From: Octopus sinensis
Taxonomy: Eukaryota
Length of the DNA stretch: 64,000 nucleotides
Reading direction: 5' to 3'
Assembly (NCBI RefSeq): GCF_006345805.1
Contig: NC_043015.1
Span: 50,778,001 to 50,842,000 of the forward strand
A program made the translations under genes and the position numbers. The notes beneath the pieces are model-generated. The model was not told the DNA's origin. It saw only the letters and a program-made list of their open reading frames with translations, and ran no database searches. Positions 26,167-38,019 of this stretch are shown here, in pieces. Positions within the stretch are counted from its first letter, which is position 1. Every line of letters starts with the position of its first letter.

Positions 26167-26401
26167 AAGGCGGCAAGCTGGCAGAAACGTTAGCACACTG
26201 GGTGAAATGTTTAGCAACATTTCGTCTGCCGCTACGTTCTGAGTTCTAATTCCGCCGAGGTCGACTTTGCCTTTAATCCTTTCGGGGTCAATTAAATAAG
26301 TACCAGTTACGCATTGGGGTTGATATAATCGACTTAATCCGTTTGTCCGTCGTTGTTTGTCCCCTCTGTGTTTAGCCCCTTGTGGGTAGTAAAGAAATAG
26401 A
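26167..26401 (+). mobile_element. SINE family B
   Basis: Canonical head, body and tail as at 2829. Confidence 0.9.
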
Positions 26402-26573
26402 AATACATATATACATTTATATATATATGTGTATATATATGCATGTGTGTATATATATGTGTGTGTGTGTGTATATTTATATATAAATATATGTATGTAT
26501 ATATGCATGTGTGTGTATGTGTGTATGTGTGTGCATTTGTGTGTGGAGCAGAAAGAGGATGTGTATATATTTA

Positions 26574-26976
26574 CTCTCTCTTTTACTCTTTTACTTGTTT
26601 CAGTCATTTGACTGCGGCCATGCTGGAGCACCGCCTTTAATCGAGCAACTCGACCCCGGGACTTATTTTTTTGTAAGCCCAGTACTTATTCTATCGGTCT
26701 CTTTTGCCGAACCGTTAAGTAACGGGGACATAAACACACCAGCATCGGTTGTCAAGCAATGCTAGGGGGACAAACACAAACACACACATGCATGTATATA
26801 TATACATATATACGACGGGCTTCTTTCAGTTTCCGCCTACCAAATCCACTGACAAGGCTTTGGTCAGCCCGAGGCTATAGTAGAAGACACTTGCCCAAGG
26901 TGCCACACAGTGGGACTGAACCCGGAACCATGTGGTTGGTAAACAAGCTACTTACCACACAGCCACTCCTGCACCT
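26574..26976 (-). mobile_element. Full-length SINE family A
   Basis: Reverse complement of the 10664 consensus; shares gcctttaatcgagcaactcgacc with the 54827 and 55535 copies. Confidence 0.92.
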
Positions 26977-26984
26977 ATAATAAT

Positions 26985-27517
26985 CTATAATTAGAAAATA
27001 TAATTATAATTAGGGATCTGCAGGATTGCTCGTAACATACATGTGGGTATATAAGGATAAATATGTGTTCACATTCGGCTGTATATTTCTAGAAGTGTTG
27101 ATTAGATATCAATTATACGATGACGCTCAGTCGCGTACATATTTAATCCTAACACTCTCAAATTTATATTTGAAAGGTTGCACTGATGAGGTGAAATAAG
27201 TAAGTAAATATAACTTTACTTTAATCCCGAAATTCGTATGTAGCTAATCTGAGTCATGTGGATTTGTTATTTTTTCTTTTTGCCTACATAAAAAAAGTGT
27301 GTTACTATCTGGAAGACCTTTATGGTAGCAAAAAAGGCATTTAACTCCTATTTCTAAATTTGGTGCGTGGCGAAACAATTAGCTGACCCCTAATTATAAT
27401 TATGTTCATAATTATAGAATATTTGTATAATTTTACCTAAAAAGGTTATTTTAACGTACCGATCTACTTGGTAAAATTATTAATTATTAATTAATTCATT
27501 TAATTAATTTTACCCTT

Positions 27518-27520
<3 letters not shown>
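26985..27520 (-). mobile_element. AT-rich non-autonomous element with leader and subterminal inverted repeats
   Basis: Minus-strand leader taaaagggtaaaattaatt...ttttaccaagt; segment ccctaattataattat present in both orientations; homologous to 54725-55530. Confidence 0.6.
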
Positions 27521-27548
<28 letters not shown>

Positions 27549-27549
<1 letters not shown>

Positions 27550-28103
27550 GAGTGAGAGAGCAGTTCATGCCATCAAAGTGACACTGGGGTAAAATATACG
27601 AAGCCCAATATACCCATCATGACTACCCGTCTGATAAAGGTACACCAGGCACATGCATCACAACCATATGTGCGCGGCATGGTGATCTCATATCAAGATA
27701 AACTGCACATGGCCTTGCAGGTGGGGCCCAGTTAGAATTTTCTTCAGGTTGAGTAGCCCATCCCGCTCAAAAGGTCCCTGAATAAGGGTTGTTTAAGGAT
27801 GTTGAAAAACCCACCCATGTCTCCAGAGGTGAATTATTCAAACCCCAAAGAATCCCTCTCAACACATGGTTATGATGCTCCCCCACTACTTCTGCTCGTG
27901 ATCAGAGATGCACATATCGTCAGCCACTAAGGGACATGCTCAACTGGTTAAGGTCAAACAACTGACAAGCAAATCTGTGGTTTTGAGCAGAATATTTGCT
28001 GTAGCCCATCTTTTATACCAAGACAAAACAATGTACATGATAACACTTCCAATCAGTTAAGATCAGAAGCCATGAGAGCCACTGCCTGGTACTGCATCAG
28101 GGC

Positions 28104-28104
<1 letters not shown>
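27549..28104. mobile_element. 556-bp element with TG...CA ends inside (ATT)n; possible solo LTR
   Basis: Begins TGAGTGAGAG, ends GGGCA, flanked on both sides by (ATT)n; no ORF. Confidence 0.4.
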
Positions 28105-28154
<50 letters not shown>

Positions 28155-28160
28155 CATATA

Positions 28161-29013
28161 TTGGTTCATCCCATAAATAATGCAGTTTTTTTTTATTCTT
28201 TTACTTTTCAAAATTAAGAAAACCAAAGTTCTTTTTTAATCTAAAATATACACACCTTCATTTTCTACAATGCTCTTCCATCTATCTGGTAGACTTGCAA
28301 GGGTGCCTCTACCAAATTTCACTTGTCCGTGACAGAAATACTCCTCCAGTACTGTTCTGACCTTGTCGACAGAATTCATATTTTTTCCCATCCAAATGAT
28401 TTTGAAGACTGCGGAATAAATGATAATCAGATGGGGCAAGGTCTGGTAAATATGGTGGATGGAGCCTCGTTTCCCATTCAAACTGCTCCAATTTTTGGAA
28501 TGTCATCCAAGCATTATCATGATAGAAGAACACCGTTCGACTTGAAACCAAAGATGGCCGTTTTCTGATGCTTGAATGACTAAATCCAAGCTTCTCTGCT
28601 AGTTCCTCAAAAGTTACAATGGGATTTTCTTCCACCAGGGTTTGCAGGATGCCCTCATCGAACTCTACAAATCTTCCAGGACAAGGCTCGTCTTCTAGGC
28701 TGTTATTTTCTGGCATGGAATTTCTGGAACCACCGTTGACACTGCATTAATATTCCTCGCACTTTCTGCTGTGTTGCTGCCTTTATTGAACTCATAAATA
28801 TATCAAATATGCTCCTTTGTTACTTCCATTACAGCTTTGAAAAAATAACTGTTAAAATCGAACTGCACTCTTCAAAACGTGCACAAAGAATAAGGTCAAG
28901 GGAAAATTACTACCTGCTTTTATAGCAAGTTGATGCATGTAGTTTATCCCATCCCCCTCTGACTTTTAGTTCATGCAATTGAAAAGAACTACATTATTTA
29001 TAGGATGACCCAA
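28161..29013 (-). mobile_element. Internally deleted mariner element with both TIRs and TA target duplication
   Basis: TA|ttggttcatcccataaataatg ... cattatttataggatgacccaa|TA; peptides LEDEPCPGR...HDNA...HPPYLPDLAPSDYHLFRSLQNHLDGK. Confidence 0.92.
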
Positions 29014-29034
29014 TATCATCGTCATCACACACAC

Positions 29035-29071
<37 letters not shown>

Positions 29072-29488
29072 TACACTTATATATACATACACACACACAC
29101 ACACACACATATATATATTACAAAAGCTCTTTGTGATTGCTTGCATACTTGCTTGCATGCATGATTGTCTATAATTTAATAGTCAAACCAGTGCATAATG
29201 ATAAAATACTTTGAAAGTAACCCTAAATAATACAAATTGCTTGCACAGTGAGTCATTAGATTTCAGCTTTCTTTAAACAGACAATATTTTAATTACGGAA
29301 AAGTATTTTTAAGTGAATATGATTTGAAAAATACAAGTTGTTTGTTGAGTAAATATTTTTATTTAGCTTTCTTTAAACAGATAATATTTTAATTATTTAG
29401 AAATATTTTTAGGTGATGATTTAAAAAAAAATTTTTTGAGGTAATAAGAAATTTTTCTGAGGTGAATATAATTTTCTATTCTTAGATA

Positions 29489-29886
29489 ATGCCTCAATGA
29501 TCTAAGATAGTGGGAAGAGAGCACAGCTAAGGAGAGCCAAAGAAGGTGAGCAAGATAGTGGTGAATGCCAACAACAAGATTGGGACAGGCATACGAATAG
29601 AAGGACTGATGAGACTGATAAAGGAAGGGCTGAATGTCTGGTGGAACAGAGGGAAAGAGACAGAAGCAGGAGAAGTCAGGAATTGGATGCTCAGAGAGCT
29701 GAGCATCTGGTAGAACAGAGGGAAAGAGACAGAAGCAGGAAAAGTCAGGAATTGGATGCTCAGAGAGCTGAGCGTCTGGTGGAACAGAGGGAAAGAGACA
29801 GAAGTAGGCGAGATCAGGAATCGAATATTTGGAGAGCTGAGCATCTGGTAGAATCAGATGCTTGGAGAGCATTTTTTTCCTCTTAA
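29489..29886 (+). pseudogene. Charged 23-aa repeat ORF remnant, possibly a Helitron Rep/helicase N-terminus
   Basis: 69-bp tandem repeat at 29641-29853 encodes EQRERDRSRRSQELDAQRAE(H/R)LV three times. The Helitron assignment rests on remembered similarity only. Confidence 0.45.
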
Positions 29887-30011
29887 TCGTTTTTGTCAAA
29901 GAGCATAGGCTCGAAACATTTTCTGTTTTCCTCAAGTGTTAAACTAATACCCCTGCTTGTTGTTCTTACATCTGTCTTCATCGTTTGTTTTCAGTAAATT
30001 TCAACTATATA

Positions 30012-31075
30012 CAGGGTGTGGTAAATAAACTGTCGTCCAAATTACACCAAAATCAAAATAACACTGACATCACATTTTAAAAGATATCATCATCATCATC
30101 ATCATCATCATCGTTTAACGTCCGTTTTCCGCGCTAGCACGGGTTGGACGGTTTGACCGGGGTCTGGGAAGCCAGGACTGCACCAGGCTCCAGTCTGATC
30201 TGGCAGTGTTTCTACAGCTGGATGCCCTTCCTAACGCCAACCACTCTGCGAGTGTAGTGGGTGCTTTTTACGTGCCACCTGCACAGGTGCCAGGGGGGTC
30301 TGGCATCGGCCACGATCGGTTGGTGCTTTTAACGTGCCACCGGCACGATCAAAATTACATAAAAATATCTTGAAATACTAAAGAGTAAATTTATTCAATA
30401 AAATTGCCATTGGCATCAACCATTGCCTCCAGACGACTTGAGAATCTCATGCAACTCTTCTGGATGGTCTCCTTGTTTAAGTTGATAACTGCTGCCATAG
30501 TCCTTGCCTTCAGTTCATCTTTGATGTCACAAGGAGTTTTGTTGATCTCTCATTCAGCTGCACCCCACACATAATAATCAAGGGGTTTAAAGTCTGGGGA
30601 ATTAGGTGGCCTGATGTTAGGGGCAATGTGGTTGCAGAAATTGTCTGACAGCCATGTCTGGGTTTTTCCTGTTTGTGTGGCATGGTACAGAGTCCTGTTG
30701 CCAGACATAGGGCCTTCCAGCAGTCACCCTCTTCACCCAGGGCAGCACTGCCTCATCCAGGCACTTGATGTAGGCCTCTGTGCTGAGCGTGAGGCCATAT
30801 GGGAAGATGAATGGAGACATAACAGTTGCCATCACTAGTGATCACTCCAAACACCATGATGTTGACTGTATGTTTGATTTTTATCTATCTTGGTACAAGT
30901 CCTCAGATTGCACTGTCCTTAGATTGACACCCAAACATTCTGAAATGTTCGTATTAGAGCTTCTGGCATGAATACCAAGCAGTACAGCATGTTGTTTCCA
31001 AATTTCTGGCTGAAGGAATTGCATCATGGTTCTGTTTTTCTCACAGATGGTGCCCAACTGACCCTACTATACTGT
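30012..31075 (-). mobile_element. maT/DD37D element with nested SINE C
   Basis: After one frameshift correction, QQDSVPCHTNRKTQTWLSDNFCNHIAPNIRPPNSPDFKPLDYYVW has 37 residues between the 2nd and 3rd D; TA|cagggtg end. Confidence 0.9.
30087..30350 (-). mobile_element. SINE family C inserted in the DD37D element
   Basis: (cat)n-cgtttaacgtccgttttccgcgctagc...ctggatgcccttcctaacgccaacc; absent from the 16849 copy. Confidence 0.9.
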
Positions 31076-31184
31076 GTAGTTGACAAAATCAAAAACAAAC
31101 AATGCACATGCACAAAAGTTAAAATATAAAATTACGACAATTTACCCATCGCACCCTACACACACACACACACACACACACACA

Positions 31185-31292
31185 CTTTGGCATTGTGGTT
31201 TTATTAAGTGCCAGCAGAAAAAGGATTTAGCCCCCAAGGACATTCATGCTGACGTGATTGCTACATTAGGGGATGACGTTCCAGCTTTATCA

Positions 31293-31296
<4 letters not shown>
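31185..31296 (+). pseudogene. mariner N-terminal fragment
   Basis: GFIKCQQKKDLAPKDIHADVIATLGDDVPALST resembles the mariner first HTH. Confidence 0.55.
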
Positions 31297-31337
<41 letters not shown>

Positions 31338-31349
31338 TGTGTGTGTGTG

Positions 31350-31667
31350 TGTACATGAGGATGTTCTGAAAGTATTGTTTCTAGAATAAGAATACGATGG
31401 AGGAAGTTCAGAGAACTTCTACCTCTGTTGGCAAGAAAAGGACTCTCTTTCAGAGTGAAAGGCAGATTGTATGACGTTTGTGTATGAACAGCTATACTCC
31501 ATGGTAGTGAGACATGGGCTCTGAATGCAGGCGACATGTGGAGACTGGAGAGGAATGAATGTAGCATGCTTCATTGGATGTGCAACATCAGTGTGCACAT
31601 ACAACAAAATGCAAATGTGTTGAGAGAAAAGTTGGGCAAAAGAGGAATTAACTGCAGCATGAAAGAC
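31350..31667 (+). pseudogene. RTE-like LINE reverse-transcriptase C-terminal fragment
   Basis: RIRIRWRKFRELLPLLARKGLSFRVKGRLYDVCV*TAILHGSETWAL...LERNECSMLHWM...LREKLG. Confidence 0.85.
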
Positions 31668-31701
31668 GGTCAGTAGCGACACCTGCTGATTCTGACTACG
31701 C

Positions 31702-31740
31702 TGCATTGATAAAGGGCAACAACCCTGAAACATGTCTGCA
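31702..31740 (+). ncRNA. Degenerate minimal type-I hammerhead ribozyme motif
   Basis: tgca-TTGATAA-aggg(caacaa)ccct-GAAAC-AT-GTC-tgca: stems I and II pair perfectly, stem III is the palindrome ACATGT, GUC cleavage triplet; two core changes (C3U, G8A). Confidence 0.55.
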
Positions 31741-32574
31741 TATGTCTGACTAGCAAGGTGAAGCGGCTGACCTCCCCTGTTCAAAGGTTGTAATGGACGC
31801 AGGTTCGTGTGTCATATAGCTAGCTAGAGGTGATGGCCTCTTGGAGCTAATCAGCAACAGCTTTAGTCTTATATTTATAGACTGCCATATTAGTATGGCG
31901 ATAACTATTAATATCCAGTAACGCTGCCGTAATCTCCTTTAGAGAGACTTAGTAATTTTAATATTTCTATTATATATATGTATATATATGTATATATATA
32001 TATATATATATTTCCAGCATAGAAAATGGTTGTTAAATGATCATGATATATATATTTGCATGTGTGTGTGTGTGTGTGTAGCCATCTAAGAATCCATAAA
32101 TCAGAAAGATAATACACTAGTATATGTGTCAGTAGAGTGGGTACATTAATTGAAGTGTACAGTATTATATATCCATTACAGCTAATCTTACCGATCGGTT
32201 TTGCACTGCAGGTTGAAAGGAGTGTTAGGTAATAGTCTGATTATGTAACCTTGCACTCTTCAGAGATGGAATGAAATATGCTGACTGCTCTCTATTTTCG
32301 GAGATGAAGCGACACATGCAGTTTGGGGTTGCTGTGAAAAAGACAAACATAGCGGAACTATACCAACACATTCTTCAATGTCCTGGAAATATATGGAATG
32401 TCACTTCACACAGTTATACAGAAGAAAACATCCTCAGTTATTTTTCGCAGGAACTTAAATGCTCATGATGATGCAATGGTACAAGTTTGGTAAGACCAGT
32501 GGTCTAACGTTTTTTGGCAAAGTCTTGGATAAATACCCTTTTATAGTTTTTATGTTTCTTCAATGTTTTCTTAT

Positions 32575-32785
32575 GTGCCGGTTCCACATAAAAAGCACCC
32601 AGTCCACTCTGTGAGGGGACTGGTGTTAGAAAGGACATCCAACCATAAAAACCCTGCCAAAACGGACACTGAAGCCTGGTGCAGCCTTCTACCTAGCCAG
32701 CTCCTGTAAAACCATCCAACCCATATCAGCATGGAAAATGGATGTTAAGTGATGACGATGATGATGATGATGATGATGATGATGT
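32575..32785 (+). mobile_element. SINE family C 3' part
   Basis: aaaagcacccagtccactct...gcatggaaaatggatgttaagtgatgacgatgatg. Confidence 0.8.
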
Positions 32786-33044
32786 CGACGAAGATGGTAA
32801 TGATGATGATCTTCTCACTCTCCCAAAATTTCTTTGGATTTCTATGTTCTAAATATCAGAGGTTATGATTCTGTAAATAAAATGTTTTTCAAAATTACAA
32901 CTTCTTTTAAAAATATTTATCCATTTTTGACCTAATCTTTGAAAACATGAAAGATAATGTTGTGTAACTTTTACATTTTCAAAGATCTTTCTAGAAGCAT
33001 ATCTTTTAAACATAGCACGTAATTCTACACCAAAGATAGGATTA

Positions 33045-33232
33045 ATTTTAGGGGTTGGGGTTAGGCTTTAGCATCAGGGTTCAGTATTAGTATTAGGGTT
33101 TAGGTTTTAGGGAAAAGATTAAGATTAGGATTTAGAGTCAGGGTTTAAAATAAGAGCTTAGGTTTAGATTTTATAGGGTTTGTTCTTAGTTCTGAGGCTC
33201 AGGGTTTCAGGTTAAGGTTAAAACTAGGCTCA
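33045..33232 (+). repeat. Degenerate TTAGGG-like tract
   Basis: ggggttggggttaggc...ttagggtttaggttttaggg...cagggttt...ttaaggtt. Confidence 0.6.
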
Positions 33233-33439
33233 TACAAAAATTAGGAAATTGGTAAGATTTTAATTTGTGCACAATATTTAACAATTTGTGTACAATAATT
33301 TGCAGTTTTAACAGGAAATCTGAAAAAACTATTCTTAAACACATTTTTAAAAGATTTATTAAAAGTTAAATAAATTTTGCTGGTGTTGTCACTAATTCCC
33401 TGAGGCTTCAGCTTAGACAATGCTAGGTAATTCAGCTAC

Positions 33440-33485
33440 TATTTATCTATCTGTCTGTTTATCTATCTGTCTGTCTGTTTATCTA

Positions 33486-33550
<65 letters not shown>

Positions 33551-33582
33551 GTGTCTCTGTCTGTTTATCTGTCTGTCTGTAC

Positions 33583-33653
<71 letters not shown>

Positions 33654-33663
33654 AATCTATCTA

Positions 33664-33694
<31 letters not shown>

Positions 33695-33802
33695 GCCTGC
33701 CTGCTTGCCTGTCTACCTACCTACCTATGTACCTACCTACCAACCTACCCACCTACCTACCTACTTACCTAACTGCCTTCCTCTCTATCTATGAATACAT
33801 AC

Positions 33803-33838
<36 letters not shown>
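33440..33838. repeat. (ATCT)n/(GTCT)n/(ACCT)n then (TG)n microsatellites
   Basis: Direct inspection. Confidence 0.95.
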
Positions 33839-33839
33839 T

Positions 33840-34565
33840 ATATAAGGCAGAATAAAAAGGTTCCTTGCCCTGTTCTGTAGCATGCCAGCTGATGGCAGCA
33901 CACAGTTGCGTACACAATGAGAGCTAGCAGTGACATTCATGAGGCAGTGTGCTGAGGAACTTCACTGTGAAATTTGTGCTTTTGTGATCACATCTATGCT
34001 GTAGTCTGTGATTTTGTCATGGACAAGAACAAAGAATGTGAAATTTTGCCCTAAACTTGAGGAGTCTGCTACAGAGACAATGAGCATATTTTGACAAGCT
34101 TATGGTGACAAAGCAGTGGGTTGTACACAATGTTTCAAGGGACATTGATGCTTCAAAAGTGAAAGAATGTCTCTAGAAGGCGATGAGCAATCTGGAGGGC
34201 CTGCCATGAGTGTCATTCTCGGAAATGTGGTATTGTGCATCGAGAATTATTCCTCCAGGGCCAGACCATCAATCGAGAGTTCTACTGTGATGTTTTGGAG
34301 TGTTTGACGAAGGATATTCTTCAAAAGCGATCAGATCTGTGGAGTGAGAAGAATCAGATCCTTCAAGGCAATGTACCCTATCAATGAGCTCCCCTCGTGA
34401 TTTTCTCGCCAAAAACATGGTATCACTCCCGCACCTGCCCTATTCACCAGATTTAGTACCCACAGATTCCATCTCTTCCCCAAGATGGAAAGACAGCACA
34501 AAAGTCGCTGTTTTAACACCATTGTCAAGATCCAGAACAGATTCACAGAAGTACAATTCTATATT
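33840..34565 (+). pseudogene. Deleted, degenerate mariner element
   Basis: KFC..L.ESATET...QAYGDKA...FK....SLEGDEQSGGP; GQTINREFYCDVL; SLPHLPYSPDLVPTD. Confidence 0.8.
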
Positions 34566-34574
34566 TAAGAGTTG

Positions 34575-34735
34575 AAGAATTATGCACATTATTTACATTA
34601 TTTACATTTGACGGATATTTGTCCTCCTCTGGTTTGTTGTTAACTCAACGTTTCGGTTGATATACCCTCAAGCCTTCATCAGGTGTCTTGGGAAATTTTG
34701 AACCTGGGTTCCCATTCCTAAGGTATTTTTCGATC
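34575..34735 (-). mobile_element. Penelope-like terminal fragment with hammerhead motif (34642-34687)
   Basis: Minus strand gacac-CTGATGA-a-gg(c)ttga(gggtata)tcaacc-GAAAC-GTT-gagtt. Confidence 0.6.
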
Positions 34736-34797
34736 TTATTGTTGTTTTTATTAGTATTATTATTATTATTATTATTATCATTATTATTATTAATATG

Positions 34798-34828
<31 letters not shown>

Positions 34829-35139
34829 GGTGTAGTGGTTAAGAGTGTGGGCTACTAATCCCAAGATTCCGAGTTCAACTCCAAGCAGTGACCTGAATAA
34901 TAATAATAATAATAATATTAATGTTAATAATAATAATAATACTCTTTTACTCTTTTACTTGTTTCAGTCATTTGACTGTGGCTATGCTGGAGCACTACCT
35001 TTAGTTGAGCAAATTGACCCAAGGACTTATTCTTTGTAAACCTAGTACTCATTCATATATATATATACTCATATACATATATACATACATAAACATATAA
35101 ATGTATATCAATACATATACATACTTATACATACATACA

Positions 35140-35356
35140 TACGAAGGGATGCTGAGAAGTTTCTGGCTTTAAGGGCATCATGAAAGGCCTGGTTGGAGAC
35201 CTTCTGAGTTTTTTTACAGGGCTTAGAAAGACTGAAGGACCACTGCAATAAGTGTGTGAATCTACAAGGGCAATATATTGGATAAAATCATAATTAAATG
35301 ATCCTCCTGTATTTTCTTTTACTCAAGGCAGAAACTTTTCAGCGCTCCCTTCTATG
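35140..35356. mobile_element. ~215-bp mariner-type MITE, opposite orientation to the 1753 copy
   Basis: TIRs tacgaagggatgctgagaagtttctggc / gcagaaacttttcagcgctcccttc. Confidence 0.75.
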
Positions 35357-35396
35357 TATATAAATACATATAAATACATATTTGTATACATATATA

Positions 35397-35558
35397 GGTG
35401 TAGGAGTGGCTGTGTGGTAAGTAGTTTGCTTACCAACCACATGGTTCTGGGTTCAGTCCCACTGCGTGGCACTTTGGGCAAATGTCTTCTACTATAGCCT
35501 CGAGCTGACCAAAGCCTTGTGAGAGGATTTGGTAGACGGAAACTGAAAGAAGCCTGTC

Positions 35559-35594
<36 letters not shown>

Positions 35595-35828
35595 ATGTGT
35601 GTATGTTTGTGTGTCCGTGTTTGTCCCCCCCACCAGCGCTTGACAACCGATGTTGGTGTGTTCACGTCCCCATAACTTAGCGGTTTGGCAAAAGCGGCCG
35701 ATAGTAGAATAAGTACTAGGCTTACAAAGAATAAGTCTTGGGATCGATTTGCTCGACTAAAGGCGGTGCTCCAGCATGGCCACAGTCAAATGACTGAAAC
35801 CAGTAAAAGAATAAAAGAATAAAAGAAT
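35397..35828 (+). mobile_element. Full-length SINE family A
   Basis: Consensus head, core and tail. Confidence 0.92.
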
Positions 35829-36004
35829 ATATCTACATACACACACACACACATACACACATACACACATACACATACACGTGCATGCATGTATGTACGT
35901 TTGCATTTGCATATGTGTGTATAAGTGAGCCTACATATAAATACATGTCTGTTCATGTATCCAAATGCTTCATATATACATATACATATATATATAATCT
36001 TAAG

Positions 36005-36140
36005 ATGCTCTCATTTATCATCAATACGGCTACTGGGATTCAAGTGCTGTTCATGACATGCAACAATAAAAAAGACAATCTCCTACATTATTTGCAAAAC
36101 CTGTCAGAATTAGCTGCCGATATTTTCTGTTCACCCACAA
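36005..36140 (+). CDS. Weak candidate exon
   Basis: Unique sequence from ttaAG| to a perfect |GTAAGT donor; one frame open (MLSFIINTATGIQVLFMTCNNKKDNLLHYLQNLSELAADIFCSPT). Confidence 0.25.
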
Positions 36141-36240
36141 GTAAGTATTTCTAACTTGGTTTTAATTATTCATTGCTTGAAATACGAGTATTGCAATATC
36201 ATTTTACTGTCTAACATGTTTACAAATTAAAATCCTAGTA

Positions 36241-37085
36241 AAGGTAATGAGCTGGCAGAATCATTAGCATGCTGGGTGAAATGCTTAGTGGTATTTCAAC
36301 TGCCTTTACATTCTGAGTTCAAATTCCGCCGAGGTTGACTTTGCCTTTCATCCTTTCGGGGTCGATTAAATAAGTACCAGTTACGCACTGGGGTCGATAT
36401 AATTGACTTAATCCGTTTGTCTGTCCTTGTTTGTCCCCTCTGTGTTTAGCCCCTTGTGGGAATTAAAGAAATAGGTATTTCATCTGTCTTTATGTTCTGA
36501 GTTCAAATTCTGCTGAGGTTGAATTTGCCTTTCATCCTTTCGGGGTCAATTAAATAAGTACCAGTTACACACTGGGGTCGATGTAATCGACTTAGTCCAT
36601 TTGTCTGTCCTTGTTTGTCTCCTCTATGTTTAACCCCCTATGGGCAATAAAAAAATAAATAATTAATTCTTTTAAGGCGGTGAGCTAGCAGAAATGTTAG
36701 CACATCAGACGAAATGCTTAGCGGTATTCCGTCTGTCTTTATGTTCTGAGTTCAAATTCTGGCATGGTTTAATTTGCCTTTCATCCTTTCAGGGTCAATA
36801 AAGTAAGTACCATTTGCGTACTGGGGTTGATATAATCAACTGGCCTCCAACCCCCAAAATTTCAAGCCTTGTGCCTAGAGTAGAAAAGAATTGTAAGAAT
36901 GTCAGGCAAAATTCTTTGTGGTATTGTGTCCTTTTTCACATTCTCAGTTCAAATCCCGCTGAGGTCTACTTTGCCTTTCATCCTTTCAGGGGTGATAAAA
37001 CAGGTACCAGCTAAATACTAGAGTTGATGTATTTGACTTAGCCTCTCCCCCAAACTTGCTGGCTTTGTGCTGAAATTTGAAACCA
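36241..37085 (+). mobile_element. Cluster of SINE family B copies and variants
   Basis: Repeated ttctgagttcaaatt / tttgcctttcatcctt motifs from ~36241, 36490, 36675 and 36930. Confidence 0.85.
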
Positions 37086-38019
37086 ATATCAAAATTCTAG
37101 TAAAGGACACATTTTAAAACAACTGCAAGATATGGAATGGTAAGAAGCAATAAACTGGCAGAAATATTAGAATGCCAGATAAAATGCTTCATAGAATTCG
37201 TGTCTTACATTTTTCTTTCAAAAAAGTATTTTTAAATCCTACCAATGTGCTTCAGTTTTTTTTTTTTAAATAATCAAGAATTTGGAAAGATTTAGTAAAA
37301 ATAACTAGTTTCAAAAAAATTCAGTTTTTTCATTATTTAGTTGGCATTTTGAACATGACTTGAAGAAAATGTTTTACCGTTTTGATGGAAAGTTTGAATT
37401 TTAATGTGAAAACTTTAAGAATAATAATTAATATCACAGTGGCAGAGCTTTTGTGTTATGAGTTGCTATGGAAAGAGTTGAAAAGAATTTTTTGTTTTTG
37501 TTATATTTAAAAAGAATTTTGTTCCTGATATTAAAAAAACAACATTTTCTTTATTTTTAAATATCAAAGAAATCAAAAATAAAAAGAAAAGAAAAGAAAA
37601 TCAATAACTAGAAACAAGCGTAGCCATGTGGTTAAGTAGTTGGCTTTGTAATCACATGGTTCCAAGTTCAATATCACTGTACAGCTGAGTGTCTTGTTTA
37701 GTAAATGTATTTGTATTTTGTTAATTTGTACAAATAATAGTTCTTCTAATTTGCATACTGCTTTGTTTTGCACCTAGATTTTGGGGTCCTGCTTTAATCA
37801 GTGTATATTTTTGAGTATATATTGCTCACATATTCACTCCATTATTTCAGGTTTTTTGGATAAAGTTTTCAGAAATAACCCAATTGGTCTGCCATTAATT
37901 CTGTGAAATATTCATGGGTTCTGCTAGTATATATTATTTCAGTTGAATCCCTGTCTTCCTATTCTGAGTTTTGCCTGTGGGTGTACAGGGTCTTCAGGTG
38001 AGATGCTGGAATGGAGATA

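Noticed and set aside
27178-27210. CTGATGAggtGAAAT hammerhead-like core
   Set aside because: No room for stem II and no stem I partner.
32240-32530. Possible further mariner fragment or exon
   Set aside because: Similarity too weak and no consistent frame.
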